Counted from the first letter of the stretch, positions 37,191 to 49,738 are shown. The stretch: DNA of 64,000 nt from Octopus sinensis (GCF_006345805.1 NC_042999.1:153140001-153204000), one strand, 5' to 3'. The notes: a model not told the origin generated them from the letters alone. Numbers and translations are program-made.

Positions 37191-37414
37191 TGTACGTTAT
37201 TTACATTTGATGGATATTTGTCCTCATCTTGTTCGTTGTTAACACAACGTTTCGACTGATGTATTCTCCAGCCTTCATCAGGTGTCTTGGGGAAATTTCG
37301 AACCTAGGTTCTCATTCTTAAGGTATTAATATTATTATTCAGGTCACTGTTTGGAATCGAACTAGGAATCTTGGGGTTAGCAGCCCGCGCTCTGAATCAC
37401 TACGTCATATGCCC
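37191..37414 (-). mobile_element. tRNA-headed short element carrying a hammerhead ribozyme (SINE/retrozyme-like)
   Basis: Head GGGCATATGACGTAGTGA (A-box-like, 37397-37407), GTTCGATTCC (B-box, 37353-37362), tRNA-like arm CGGG-CTGCTAA-CCC, AT-rich linker, then the HHR. Confidence 0.7.
37241..37286 (-). ncRNA. Minimal type I hammerhead ribozyme motif
   Basis: GACAC-CTGATGA-A-GGCTG-gagaatacat-CAGTC-GAAAC-GTT-GTGTT. Stem I 5 bp, stem II 5 bp, palindromic AACGTT stem III, GUU cleavage triplet. Confidence 0.72.
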
Positions 37415-37769
37415 GTAGGTAAACAGCTTTTGTTTCAAGTTAATTTACTAAATTCTTTATTATTTATAAAATAACTGTCGTTTCGAACAAATAAATACAA
37501 AATCTTGATGAACGGTTTTAAGTTCGAAAATTGTATAATACAAAGTTTGTATCAGCGAACTGGGATCGGACTCAGGTGGGTTGGTTGTCAAAAGGGCTAA
37601 GCAGGCTGGAGCATGTTGGATCATTTGTTTGAGCCCCACAGACTGCTTTGTGGTATCTCATTTGCAACTGTTTACATTCTGTGTTCAAATCGCACTGAGG
37701 TCAGTCTCGCGTTCCTTCTGGGACCAAATTAACTTCCAAGTATTATTTATTTCTATTTGTAAGATGGGG

Positions 37770-37950
37770 AATTGGCAGACTCGTTAACATGCCGGACAAA
37801 ACTGCGTAGCGGCATTACGTTCTGAGTTCAAATTCCGTTGAAGTCGACTTCGCATTTTTATCGTTTCGGAATCGATAAAATTGAGCACTTGGGTCGAAGG
37901 AATCGACTTCGCCATTCTTCAGAACTGTTAGCCATGTGCCAAGGATAAGA
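37770..37950 (+). mobile_element. SINE family B, diverged
   Basis: Head and core recognisable. CpGs are retained despite the divergence. Confidence 0.65.
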
Positions 37951-38077
37951 AAGATTTGTTTTCTTTTGTAGATATTTCTTAAGAAATATCTGTTCTTCCT
38001 TCATTCTTCTAAAAGTATAATTCTCACACTCACAGAGATTAAGGTGTCAGTTTTCGAGTGTGTATACACTCCTGTAT

Positions 38078-38402
38078 AGGCGCATGGTTTTAGTGGTTCG
38101 GGTACTCGGCTCGTGATCGTAAGACCGTGAGTTCGATTCCTCGTGGTGCCTTGTATCCTTGAGCAAGACACTGTATTTTGCATTGCTCCAATTTCAAGGT
38201 GGAACTCCAAAATGAATTCTACCTTTGATTAAAATGGGCCAATCTCGTCATATTCTGTGTCTCGCCGAATCTCTTTGAAAACTTCGTTATGGGTTCGCAT
38301 GTCTGTGGAACGCTCAGCCACTTGCACGTTAATTTCACGAGCAGGCTGTTCCGTCGATCGGATCAACTGGAACCCTCGTCGTCCAAAGCAACGGAATGCC
38401 AG
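38078..38402 (+). mobile_element. SINE family C, full length (tRNA head + CORE + tail)
   Basis: AGGCGCATGG..TAGTGG A-box, GAGTTCGATTCC B-box, TTGTATCCTTGAGCAAGACAC CORE, tail CAGCCACTTGCACGTTAATTTCACGAGCAG. Confidence 0.8.
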
Positions 38403-38839
38403 TATACACACAAGACCAGTTCCAATACGTTAAGAAAGATATGTGAACTCGAGAATGGTTTCCATTGCAGTTTGTCGTGAATTCTTAGTCTAAAAGAGAG
38501 AACGATATTGTTGCTTGTCCAATCCATGTTTATATTTTCTTTGATGCTCCTTTTTTTTTTTTTTTTGTCTTTAATTGGAAGAAGAAAGGAGAGGAGATTT
38601 GTAATAGGAGGAAATGAAGAATTGTGAGCTTCATTCTTTTTTTATGATTCAGGGTGAACAGAACGCGAAAGTCGTGATTCGGGTGTTAAGGAGCGTCCTT
38701 GAAATTAAAAATGTTCACGAGGAATGAGAGAGAGAGAGGAGGGAGCAATATCCTGCGAGGAATTAGCTCTTATCATGGCTTCCTCAGTTGAAAATAAAAC
38801 AAACACTTAGACTCTTGGAGCGTATGCGTTTTGTGTGTA

Positions 38840-39155
38840 CATACATACATACATACATGTACATATATATATGTACATATATGTGTGTGTATATATGTGT
38901 GTGTATATGTGTGTATATGTGTGTGTATATATGTGTATGTGTATGTGTATATATGTATGTGTATGTGTATATATATGTGTATATATATATGTATGTGTAT
39001 ATATATATGTATGTGTATGTGTATATATATGTGTATATATATATGTATACACATGTGTATATATATGTGTATATATATATGTATACACATGTGTATATAT
39101 GTGTATATACATGTGTATATATATGTGTATATATATATAATATATATATATATGT
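38840..39155. repeat. Compound (TA)/(TG)/(TATG) microsatellite
   Basis: Direct reading. Confidence 0.9.
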
Positions 39156-39482
39156 AATTTGGGTGAGAGAGAGAGAGAGAGAGACAGTCATAAGAGTAAT
39201 TCAAGGAGGCCGATGATATGTGTTTAGATAATCAAGTTAAAGGCTGACATACTGAATGCCGTTCACAATAAATTCTTGAGTTTTTGAAATCTCCCTCTGA
39301 GTTGGGAGACGGGAAGCAAGGATCCCTGGCGGCATATCTTCGTGACTCATTTCCAGGATAGATTTCTGCTGAGTTTATATGTACGTCTTACTGAAAAGAC
39401 GACGTGATCCTTGTTGCGGTGAAGGGAGACAACTAAGTACATATCCTTTGGCCTGTTCCGACTTCATCGGCGCGTAGATTCA

Positions 39483-39513
<31 letters not shown>

Positions 39514-39581
39514 GTGTCTGTGTGTGTGTGTCTGTGTGTGTGTGTGTGTGTGTGTCTGTGTGTGTGTGTGTGTCTGTGTGT

Positions 39582-39615
<34 letters not shown>

Positions 39616-39632
39616 CTGTCTGTGTGTGTGTG

Positions 39633-39688
<56 letters not shown>

Positions 39689-39787
39689 GTCTGTCTGTGT
39701 CTGTCTGTCTCTGTCTGTCTGTCTCTGTCTGTCTGTCTCTGTCTCTGTCTGTCTCTGTCTCTGTCTCTGTCTGTCTGTCTGTCTGTC

Positions 39788-39824
<37 letters not shown>

Positions 39825-39998
39825 GTCTGTCTCTGTCTCTGTCTGTCTGTGTGTCTGTGTGTGTGTCTGTGTGTGTGTGTGTGTGTGTCTGTCTGTGTGT
39901 CTGTCTGTCTGTGTGTCTGTGTGTGTGTGTGTCTGTGTGTGTCTGTCTGTGTGTCTGTCTGTGTCTGTGTGTCTGTGTGTCTGTGTGTGTGTGTGTGC
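39483..39998. repeat. Compound (GT)/(GTCT)/(GTCTCT) microsatellite
   Basis: Direct reading. Source of the six 167-202 aa spurious ORFs. Confidence 0.92.
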
Positions 39999-40146
39999 GC
40001 ACACAAACACACGCACATAATTTAATGAGGATATGAAGCATTACAAAATGTTATGTTCCTAGTGATTCAGAGATGTGATTTTTACCATTTGTGTGTATGT
40101 ATATTTCCGATAGCGCGGGATCGGGATGCAAGAGGTAGGTTTATCG

Positions 40147-40210
40147 AATTGTTGTGCTGATGACGGGAATGAGTTTTTTATAATTCTAACCCAGAAACGC
40201 GTCCACAATT
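40147..40210 (+). ncRNA. Minimal type I hammerhead ribozyme motif
   Basis: GTTGTG-CTGATGA-[C GGG..CCC A, 30-nt stem II region]-GAAAC-GC-GTC-CACAAT. Canonical GUC triplet at 40201-40203, palindromic ACGCGT stem III. Confidence 0.68.
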
Positions 40211-40279
40211 GACCGAAGACGTTATTTTTCTTCTTTTGTCCATGTGAGTTACAAGTAATGTTATATGTGGAGTAATATC

Positions 40280-40463
40280 TGTAGCAAGGTATTTTTCTAT
40301 GTATGTATGTATGTATGCATGTATACGTGTAAATTTATAAGTCTTCTCTTACATATTTGCATAAACTTTTGGAACGTTTTAGAGATGTTTACAGTTCCAG
40401 TGATGGATTGGTTCTGTAGTCTTCGAATCAGCTTTCTTCATTCTGGTTTTGCGAAGCCTAATT
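40280..40463 (-). mobile_element. RLE-clade LINE 3' end (second copy of 8229-8697)
   Basis: Reverse reads LGFAKPE*RKLIRRLQNQSITGTVNISKTFQKF. Confidence 0.75.
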
Positions 40464-40569
40464 TGTGTGTGTTTGTGCGTGTTCTCTTTCTCTTAATTTA
40501 GGATGCAATTTGACCGACCACCATATTTGATAGCAAGGTCGTGAAGGAAAGCATCTTGTTTTAGCCATC

Positions 40570-40790
40570 GTCCTCTAAATTTTAAGGTCTTGCAGATTTT
40601 TATAGCCCCAGATATCGTGATCATTTGTAGCGTATGAATTAAGAATTTGCGTTTCTCTGTCCAAGAACCAAAGTTCAGCCATACTTTGCTCCAAGGAGGT
40701 TTGTACGTATCCTGTTGCTCCAATAATAATAAGTATGAAGCTTTTGGTACTGGATTTTGCAAACTCCTTATCAATGGTTCATAGATGTCT
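40570..40790 (-). mobile_element. RLE-clade LINE 3' end, a different subfamily
   Basis: Frameshifted YEPLIRSLQ..IIIGATGYVQTSLEQSMAEL..LIHTLQMITISGAIKICKT aligns with the 8229 peptide. Confidence 0.6.
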
Positions 40791-41323
40791 TATGCATGAA
40801 TGTATGTGTGAATGCATATAATATGTATGAATGTATGTATGTATTCTTGAAGCGTCAGCTGTAAACAAATGCTGTGATACGTTTGTCATTCGATTCGTTA
40901 TTGATTTGGGTGTGTGAGAGAGCTAGAGAGAAAGCAAGCAATCAAGCAATCACCTATAGATCGAAATGTCGCCGGTTCAGTCTTAAATGTCCGTTCGTTG
41001 GAGGCGCTGTTGGCACCTTGCCATTTGTCAGGCAGCTGTTGCTGCTCAATGCAGGTGTGAAACAATTTGCCTCACTGAATGTGTGTCAAGAGTTCATTGA
41101 AGCTTTTCATTCTCACATACACACATCCACTTGCATATTCCTCCCTCCACCACACAGACTCACACTGTGTCTATTAGTTCACTTGTCCTTCTTATTTTGA
41201 CCAATCATAATGTAATGCAATTTATTCTGAATGGATTAATATACATGGCGCTTCTACACTCATACAATGTATGTGTATTTATGCATTTATTTGAGTCCGT
41301 TTGTGTGAAGTTGACATACATTT

Positions 41324-41372
<49 letters not shown>

Positions 41373-41436
41373 TTCAAAAGGAATATAAACGTGTAGAAGC
41401 TTAGCTATATACATATATATATAAAACTTAGCTATA

Positions 41437-41826
41437 TCTCTTCTCTCTATATATAAACGGCAGTTTGTCTGTGTGTGTTTCTGTGTGTCTGTTAGGTTGT
41501 ACCCTCACCCTGACCACGGCTTTCAACCGATTCTGATGAAACTTGACACACACATAGCCCAATGTCATAATTCAAAACTAACGCAGCGAAAATTTTGAAA
41601 AGTTCCCCCAGTTCTGAAAAAAGTCGATAAATTCGACATGGGGTCGAGAATCAGGAACACAAACCACAAACTGTCTAGGGGACGCAACTCCACCTTTTTT
41701 AACTATCAAAAAAAAATTTACCATAATTTTTTTCCATTTTTTTGCTGTTTTTTGGCTATAACTCTCTAAAAATGCTTTATAGTTATTTCCCTTACAAACC
41801 TGAGCAACGCCGGGCGATACTGCTAG
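41437..41826 (+). mobile_element. Non-autonomous Helitron with a different 5' half
   Basis: Same 3' ~90 bp, hairpin and CTAG|T as 14476-14774, but an unrelated 5' body. Confidence 0.8.
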
Positions 41827-42033
41827 TATATATATATGACAGTTCTCTCTCTCACGCACACACACACACACATTCTCACACTACACATTTCATGTAATAC
41901 GTGTACACGAGCACACACAAATTTATGAATGGCATTTATTGTTGACTCCTTTCATAAATTAATGTGTCTGTATATATCTGAACCAGTGTTTGCAAGTACT
42001 AATTGTACGCACGCACACACACACACAATATGG

Positions 42034-42075
<42 letters not shown>

Positions 42076-42222
42076 TTGTATGCGGTTTTTGTATGGCTCT
42101 GTTTGTGTATATACCTCTACACTTCCACATATTGCGATCGTGATAAATAGGTAATTCGTGTGTTTGCTATATGCTCGCTGTTTGTTCTAAATACTACGAA
42201 GAATACATCTGAAAGTGCGTAT

Positions 42223-42269
<47 letters not shown>

Positions 42270-42369
42270 GTAAGTATATATGAGTCACATTGCTCATGTC
42301 TCATTAATATATAACGCAATGGCACTAGGAGCGACAGCAACAATGCTGGTGATACTGACGACTATGGCC

Positions 42370-42400
<31 letters not shown>

Positions 42401-42813
42401 GTGTTTGTAATAAGCCCGAGCTGTAACGGTGAAGCATTTTAACGGCCAATCCAGACGACTTTTACCTAATCTATTGTTGGAGTTGTTATAGCCGCCTCTC
42501 ATTAAATGTTGGTTCGAAGACAGAATTGACTTCCCTTGTCAACTGGTGGCGCATTAGTGTTTAACTCGGAACAAAAGACAACTTAACTGATAAAATAAAT
42601 GACACCATTGATCGTACGGAAGTATTTATCCACCCTCGACCTCTTGCTGACCGCTCTCTCTCTCTCCTCTCTCTCTCTCTCTTTCTTTTGTCTCTTTCTC
42701 TTTCGTTTTTCTCTTTCTCTCTCTCGTTTCAAAACTTGCAAGTACGTATCTATCTTTTCCCTATTTCTACATATGCACACACACACACACCATTCAGGTA
42801 CTATTTAAGAAGA

Positions 42814-43038
42814 GTGGTTCCGGTGCGCGCACTCGCGTACTCGCGCTAGCAAGTCGTGACTAGTCGATCCTACAACGACTACCAGGCAAAGTAAATAAAA
42901 CAAAAAATAATTATTTTACACAATGTAAATAATTTTTTTTAAACAAAGTAAATAAAACACAAAAACAAAGTAAGAATCGACTAGTCATGACTAGCTAGCG
43001 CGGATGCGCGAGTACGCGAGTGCGCGCACCGGGACCAC
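42814..43038. mobile_element. CpG-rich fold-back / MITE-like element with ~55-63 bp inverted arms
   Basis: GTGGTTCCGGTGCGCGCACTCGCGTACTCGCGC..GACTAGTCGAT versus its reverse complement at 42976-43038. A-rich spacer. No TSD seen. Confidence 0.8.
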
Positions 43039-43049
43039 ACGGTGTGGGT

Positions 43050-43500
43050 AGATGGTTACAAATTTTAGCCGAAAGCCAGCAATCTTTAGGGGAAGTAGGT
43101 GTGTCAGTTCGATCCGCAGTACTCAGCAGGTAGTTTTATTTTATCGTCCTCGAAAGGACGAAAGGCAAAAACCGACCTCTACAGTATTTGAACTCAGAAC
43201 GTTAAAGGCGGACGAAATGTCGCTAAGCATTTTTTCCGGCACGATAATAATCATGTGGGAATAATGCAATGGCTGATTAAAGCTGCGGGCTGGCTGAATC
43301 GTTAACGCGCCAAGCAAAATACTTAACGGCCATTCTTTCGTCTTTATGTTCTGAGATCAAATTCCGCCGAGGTCCACTTCGCTTTTCATCCTTTCGGGCT
43401 CGATAAAATAAAGTACCAGTTGATCACTTGGGTCGATGTAATCGACTTATCTTCTTTCCTAGAATTACTGGCCTTGTGCTAAAATTTGAAATCACTATAA
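43050..43500. mobile_element. Divergent SINE family B pair (minus 43050-43240, plus 43285-43500)
   Basis: Two opposed heads. Confidence 0.7.
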
Positions 43501-43520
43501 TGTGGTTGATAAACAAACTG

Positions 43521-43937
43521 GAATCTGTTCGGTTTGACCGGCAGTTTTTTCTAGCGGTGTCATATGAAATTGTCACCCATAATTATGACCCTAGTATCGA
43601 TCTATTGCATTTCAATCTGTTTTAGGGTTAGGGGTGGGGGGAAAGGTATCCTTTTTTCTTCACAAATGTAAAGAAACCCAATCTGTTTCTTAAACGAGGG
43701 ACATATTCATACGGCACAGAATGTTTTTTTTTACCTCAGTAGACGTCAGTGATTGGTTGAAATTGCAGAAATTGAAGAAAAGAACAACCAATAAATATCT
43801 TACAAACTATAGAACTTTCTCAATAAAGCCAAGAGAAAAAGATGTTTTATAAACACATTCTACCAGTATACGAAGTTTAAAATTTTTTAGTTACCTAGAA
43901 ATTATGTTAAAAACTGCCGTTCAAACCGAAAAGATCC
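43521..43937. mobile_element. MITE, inverted copy of 33543-33960
   Basis: Reverse-complement match over the full length. Confidence 0.85.
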
Positions 43938-44135
43938 CCTGCGCCTATCCGAACGTGCACAAACGAAGATTCTAAGGCCCAGATTTTAATATACACCGGT
44001 TACCTCTCCTGTGATGTTCAGGCTGAAGGATATCAAACTTTATTGTCAGGACTGGTTGGTAGGTTTGTCTCTAGGTTTGTGTGTGAGTTAGGGGACGGGT
44101 GCGATGACTGATGGTTTTGCGGACACATCCTTGCT

Positions 44136-44148
44136 GTTGCCTAGCAAC
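44136..44148. promoter_or_regulatory. RFX X-box match
   Basis: GTTGCCTAGCAAC fits GTNRCC-N(0-3)-RGYAAC and lies in non-repetitive DNA. Confidence 0.3.
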
Positions 44149-47006
44149 CGCCATGACCTTGTTTTTTTCTCTTTTTTTTTTCCAGAATACAAAACACGCA
44201 CGCACTCTCTCTATCTCCACCCTCTCTCTTCGTACAAACTCAGCGACTCCATATGTACCGCCACTGTCATTATTCTTGTAAAACCTTTTCGGGTTGCTTG
44301 CTTCATTTGTTTTTGAATACCAATTTATTGTTATTTATTATCTTCGCTGCTACCATTTGGTCCGTTTTTGTGTACTCGCTCTCCCGCGCGCGCGCGCGCA
44401 CACACACACACACACACACGCACGCGTTTAAGTTCTTGGTCAAATTCTGTTAGGGAACAGGAGAAACACTAACGAACCAACAAACACAAATCAACACATA
44501 CACACACTAAAAGACACATACATACATACAACGAATTTATATATATATATATACACAACACACACTCTTATTTATCCTCCAATAGATTTGACTGAGAAAC
44601 TGTAAGATTGGAAAGACGAGAGAGAGAGATGGGGGCGCATTGAGGGTGATAAAACTATGGAGAACAGTTTTTCACACAAGTAGTCTAGTTCTGTGTTTCT
44701 GATCTGTGACTAAGTGTGTAGAAGTCCATCGTCGGACGGTTCTAGTTATAAATCGTTGTTTTAATTCGAGAAGAAATCTGTAACCTATTTGTTCGATAGC
44801 TTCTTCTTTTCTGGGCTAAGGTCTGCTATGAGTGGTCTCCCTTGACCCGTCTCTCGCCGTAATGTTGTTGATGCTACGAAGTGAGGAGAGAAGAATCGAA
44901 CGAAATTTGACCCTGAAGCATTGGAACAAATACCGTAATAGATTTTATCCGACGCGCATAGGATCTTCTTCGGTGTCGACGAAGAGTATTCAGTAGTTCA
45001 ATTGACTTAATTAGCATCTAAATAACTGAGTATTCCACAGGCATGGTCATACCTTCATGTAATACTATGTATCGAACTTTTATATGTAATGGGGTTGATT
45101 TTTTTTTACTAAACTATGCAATGTGGTGCCCCAGCATGGCCACACAGTCCTTTGATTGAAACAAATAGTAGCAATTAATAGTCAACAAATGGAATGACTC
45201 TTAAGATCGAACTTGAGATCCACACAGCCCGAACACCGGAAGCTTAACGTCAACAGCAGAATGTCATTTTTATGCCAATTAGGTTAACCGAAATGATAGT
45301 ATTTGGCATAATTTTTAACGCTAACGGAGCTTTCATCTGGTTTCGACATGGTGGCTCCAACTCTGGCTTACACTTCAAAAGTCTTACCTTGGATTACCAC
45401 CAGAATTACATTGGATATCTTTTTAGTATTGATAGTATTGGTGATAGTACCCTAATTTGAATACTTCGTTTTACTCTATAAGGAGCATAGGACTCGGTTT
45501 TCTGGTTTCTCTCGCGTATATATTCCTCCTTGAACGGGAGGAATATAAAGGAGGCTGAAAATTTTGATGATGGTGACCATAAGCTCTTGACTTATCTAAT
45601 TTATTCGTCCTTGAAGGATGACAGAAAAACCGTCGACTGTGATCAGGTCTGAACTTAAAAACTTAATAATTTCTGACACAAGCACTATGCCTTAAATTTA
45701 GTGGAGGATATATATGCGATTATGTTATTCCCCAATACGTGACTGGCACTTCATTTTATAAATCTCGAAGTTGGCTTCGGCGGGATTTGATCTTAAAACC
45801 GCAAAGGGTCGTAATTTGAATATCGCAAATGAAGTATTTTATCGGATACTCTAACGATCTTACCACCCACCACTCTAACAATTATTATAATGGCAAAGAA
45901 ATAGCACAACACGTTTTCAGATATACACTTTTCTTGCAACAATACAAACACATCCACGTACGCACACACACACACACACACACACAGATTGTAAATGGTA
46001 ACAAATGTTGTGTGTAGGGAGAAGTATTCCAAGGCAGCCCCACTATTTTTCTTCTATTCCTGTGTCTGACTAGAATTTGGTTTAAGTAATCTGTCTGTGT
46101 GATCGTCAGTATCTGTTGTAGCATGTGTGTCTATCTACTAACCTCTAAAGTCACACAACACGTTTATTTTCTATGAGTTCACGCGTTCAGTTGTGGATAT
46201 GTTGGAGCACAACGTTTCGAGTTTCTTTGTTTTTTTTTGTTGGGGTTTCTTAATTTTTAATCGAACTCTATTTCTTTTATCGATTCTTCTTTATCGTATC
46301 TGGTCAAGCTCTTTAAAAACACACACACTCTCTCTCTCTCTCTCTCTCTCACTCACTCACTCACTCACTCACTCACTCACTCACACAGCTATAGTTTTTA
46401 ATTTAATTTCTTAATACTAGTTTCGGCTATTAAAGTGCAGTTACGGTGGAGCACTGCCATCAAGATTTTGTAATCGAACATTGCGGCACTTGCACTTGCT
46501 TTATCGGTTTCTTTTTAATCCATCGAACCGCTAGGTTAAGCTTTTCCACATATCACACGTTTACAGCGGTAAACACAAATACAGATGTGAATATTCATAT
46601 GTAATTGTTTTCATAACTAAACACACACACACACACACATACACAGACAATACATGTGAATGTGTGTGTGTTTATAGGACTGTATCTACTACATATGTCT
46701 ATCATATCAGCTTGTTCGGAATTGTTTTTATTTAAACCATAAACAGATGTGCTTTAGCCGCCGGCTGCGTTTATTTACACGCCATGATATGCCAAGAATG
46801 TGGAACTTTTGGGAGATTTTTTTTTTTACTCCCCTTTCACTCTTCCCGTCTTTACTTTGCAGAATCCTTCTAATGGCATACAGAGAAAAATGGGGCCTCT
46901 AGCCACCAACCAATATGATTGGTGAACATAATATTACCTCTATTATACAATGGCTGGTGCTAGTGTTTCCTGTATTTCTCTACCATAAACCACTATCATC
47001 ATCTTT

Positions 47007-47007
<1 letters not shown>

Positions 47008-47089
<82 letters not shown>

Positions 47090-47118
47090 TACTACTACTA
47101 CTGCTGCTGCTGCTGCTC
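47008..47118. repeat. (ACT)n then (GCT)n microsatellite
   Basis: Direct reading. Confidence 0.92.
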
Positions 47119-47189
47119 GAAATGTGAGGTAAAGCAGCTTTGAACTGCATCGTTAAAATTGCTGCCTTGCTTAGGCCGTTTGGTATAGT

Positions 47190-47715
47190 CTGTCTGTCTA
47201 TCTATCTATCTATCTCTATCTCTATCTATATATCTCTATCTCTATCTATCTATCTATCTATCTATCTATATCTCTATCTATCTATCTATCTATATCTCTA
47301 TCTATCTATCTATCTATCTATATCTCTATCTATCTATCTATCTATCTATAGCTCTATCTATCTATATCTATCTATCTATCTATCTATAGCTCTATCTATC
47401 TATATCTATCTATCTATCTATCTATAGCTCTATCTATCTATCTATATCTATCTATCTATATATCTATCTACCTATATCTATCTGCCTCTATCTGTCTATC
47501 TATATCTATATATATCTATATCTATATATATCTATATCTATATCTATATATATCTATATCTATATATATCTATATATATATCTATATATATCTATATCTA
47601 TATATATCTATATCTATATATATCTATATCTATATCTATCTATATCTATATCTATATCTATATCTATATATATCTATATATATCTATATATATCTATCTA
47701 TCTATCTATCTATCC
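47190..47715. repeat. (TATC)n/(TATATC)n compound microsatellite
   Basis: Direct reading. Confidence 0.92.
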
Positions 47716-47970
47716 ATCTCCATCCTCCCACCCATCCACACATACATATTCTTGTATAAACATGTGTAGTGTGGGACACGCTATATATCTAATTATCTTT
47801 GAATTTTTTTTTTTTTCAAGAAACAACATTCTGTAATATTAAGCAATTGAAAAAAAAAATGAAAGGAGTGGCGAAGTCCAGAGGAAATGAAAAACTTTTG
47901 AGTCGGTTTCATAAATGCCATGCACGAAACTCTCCGTCTGGTGAAAATATCATATATTGTATACATATAT

Positions 47971-48203
47971 AAGGCGGCGAGCTGGGAAAAACGTTAGCAC
48001 GCCGGGCGAAATGCGTTGCCGTATTTCGTCTGCCGTTACGTTCCGAGTTCAAATTCCGCCGAGGTCGACTTTGCCTTTCATCCTTCCGGGGTCGATAAAT
48101 TAAGTACCAGTTACGCACTGGGAGTCGATGTAATCGACTTAATCCCTTTGTCTGTCCTTGTTTGTCTCCTCTGTGTTTAGCCCCTTGTGGGTAGTAAAGA
48201 AAT
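47971..48203 (+). mobile_element. SINE family B with a 19-bp target-site duplication
   Basis: ATATATTGTATACATATAT at 47952-47970 and 48204-48222. Confidence 0.92.
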
Positions 48204-48229
48204 ATATATTGTATACATATATCTATGTA

Positions 48230-48400
48230 CAGTAATCTCTCACCGTATCGCGGTTTATTATTTAAGCTTACACGTGTTCCTCCACCGTATTGTTTTTCAT
48301 TTCTAATAAAATATATATATACAAATTATAATAATAATAATAAATATACAGTACAGTACTCTTTGTACATCGCGGATTTTCACCTAACGCCAGTGGGTGG
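48230..48400 (-). mobile_element. Tigger-like MITE fragment (third copy)
   Basis: TA|CAGTAATCTCTCACCGTATCGCGGTTTATTATTTAAGCTT is the reverse of 61400-61494. Confidence 0.7.
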
Positions 48401-49548
48401 TGGGCTTAGAACCATATATTATGGTTGCTAAATGAAATACGGTGCTCCTACGAGCAATACACATACACACACGTAAACACGCGCGCAGAAATTGCAAATT
48501 AAAGGCTGCGATATTCTATATAGAATGCATAAACTAGTATTTTCACCTCTTTCGTTAAAAGCCAATCTTAAACCATACGTACCCTTAAAACCTAACAGAC
48601 TTACCGTAATACTACAAATAACACGCGCGCATACAAAACTAGAATATTCGTATAAAAATTGTTGCGTTCTGGGTATTCCCGAAATATTCTCAAAATTCGC
48701 CAGGGGGTTTACATTTCACAGGGCCGGATGCAGTTGAGTGGTTTAATGCCAGAAAGCAGCAGTGACCTTCGCCATCGGCCGTGAAGTGAAGAGTCTGTGC
48801 CCAAGGGATCGCGTTTATTAACAGCTGATATTTGTTGTTTTCACCTTTAATTGCTTTTGTGTCTGTGTCTGGGTGGTAGGAAGGGAGAAGAACACACTGT
48901 GTTGTTGTCCCACCCTCCACCTCCTGTTTCTAACCCCCTAAGTACACCTATAACTATTTCCTTCAGACACAGGAGGTGAAAGTAATAAGTGAGAGAGACT
49001 GGGGGGGGGGAGCAAGCTCTCTGTTTCATTTGGTAGTTTTTAGAAGTTTATGATGCTACTGTTGATGATGATGTTGATGATATTGCTCCTGAGAATGGTG
49101 GCGGTGGTGGTGGTGTTGTAATGATGATGACTTTACCAAATGATTTTAAAACAAAATGTCCCGGTTTCAACTTACAATCCAGCATCTTTCTCCTCATCCA
49201 TTGTTTCCCCTCTTTTCTCTCCTTTTCTACTGTTTTTCTTTCGATTTTTTTTTTTTTTTTTTGCTTGTCTGTCTGTGTTTGTCAAGGTGTCAGTGTTCCT
49301 GGTGGAATTTGAACTTGAGAACAGTGACATACAGAACATTCATGTTTGTTATCTTATAATAATTACTGGTATCCTTATATATTGCTATATTTTATATCTT
49401 ATATGTAAAGCATAATATGCTTTCATCATCATCGTTTAACGTCCGTTATGTATGTATATTGTAATTATCAGTTTAGTAAATAGATAAGTTAACATAATAT
49501 AATGTCTAAAAGTTGATGAACCACCATTTCTCCTCCATTTTCTTATTG

Positions 49549-49585
<37 letters not shown>

Positions 49586-49686
49586 CCGGTTCTTGACTGA
49601 GGGCTTCGAATGTCCCGTCCCGTGGTTCTTGTGTCGTCTTCTAGGTGCTTCACGTTCTTGTCCCAGTTTGTATATTTTTTTTACTT

Positions 49687-49697
49687 TTTACATATAT

Positions 49698-49738
<41 letters not shown>

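Noticed and set aside
39441-39470. Minus-strand CCGATGA-A-GTC..GGC-CAAAG
   Set aside because: GAAA and the cleavage triplet are absent.
39433-40041. Six overlapping 167-202 aa ORFs
   Set aside because: GT/GTCT repeats contain no stop codons in any frame.
41533-41542. CTGATGAAAC
   Set aside because: The core motifs overlap with no stem II, and it lies inside a Helitron body.
46208-46219. Minus-strand CGAAACGTTGTG resembling the 37241 hammerhead 3' half
   Set aside because: No upstream core or stem II.
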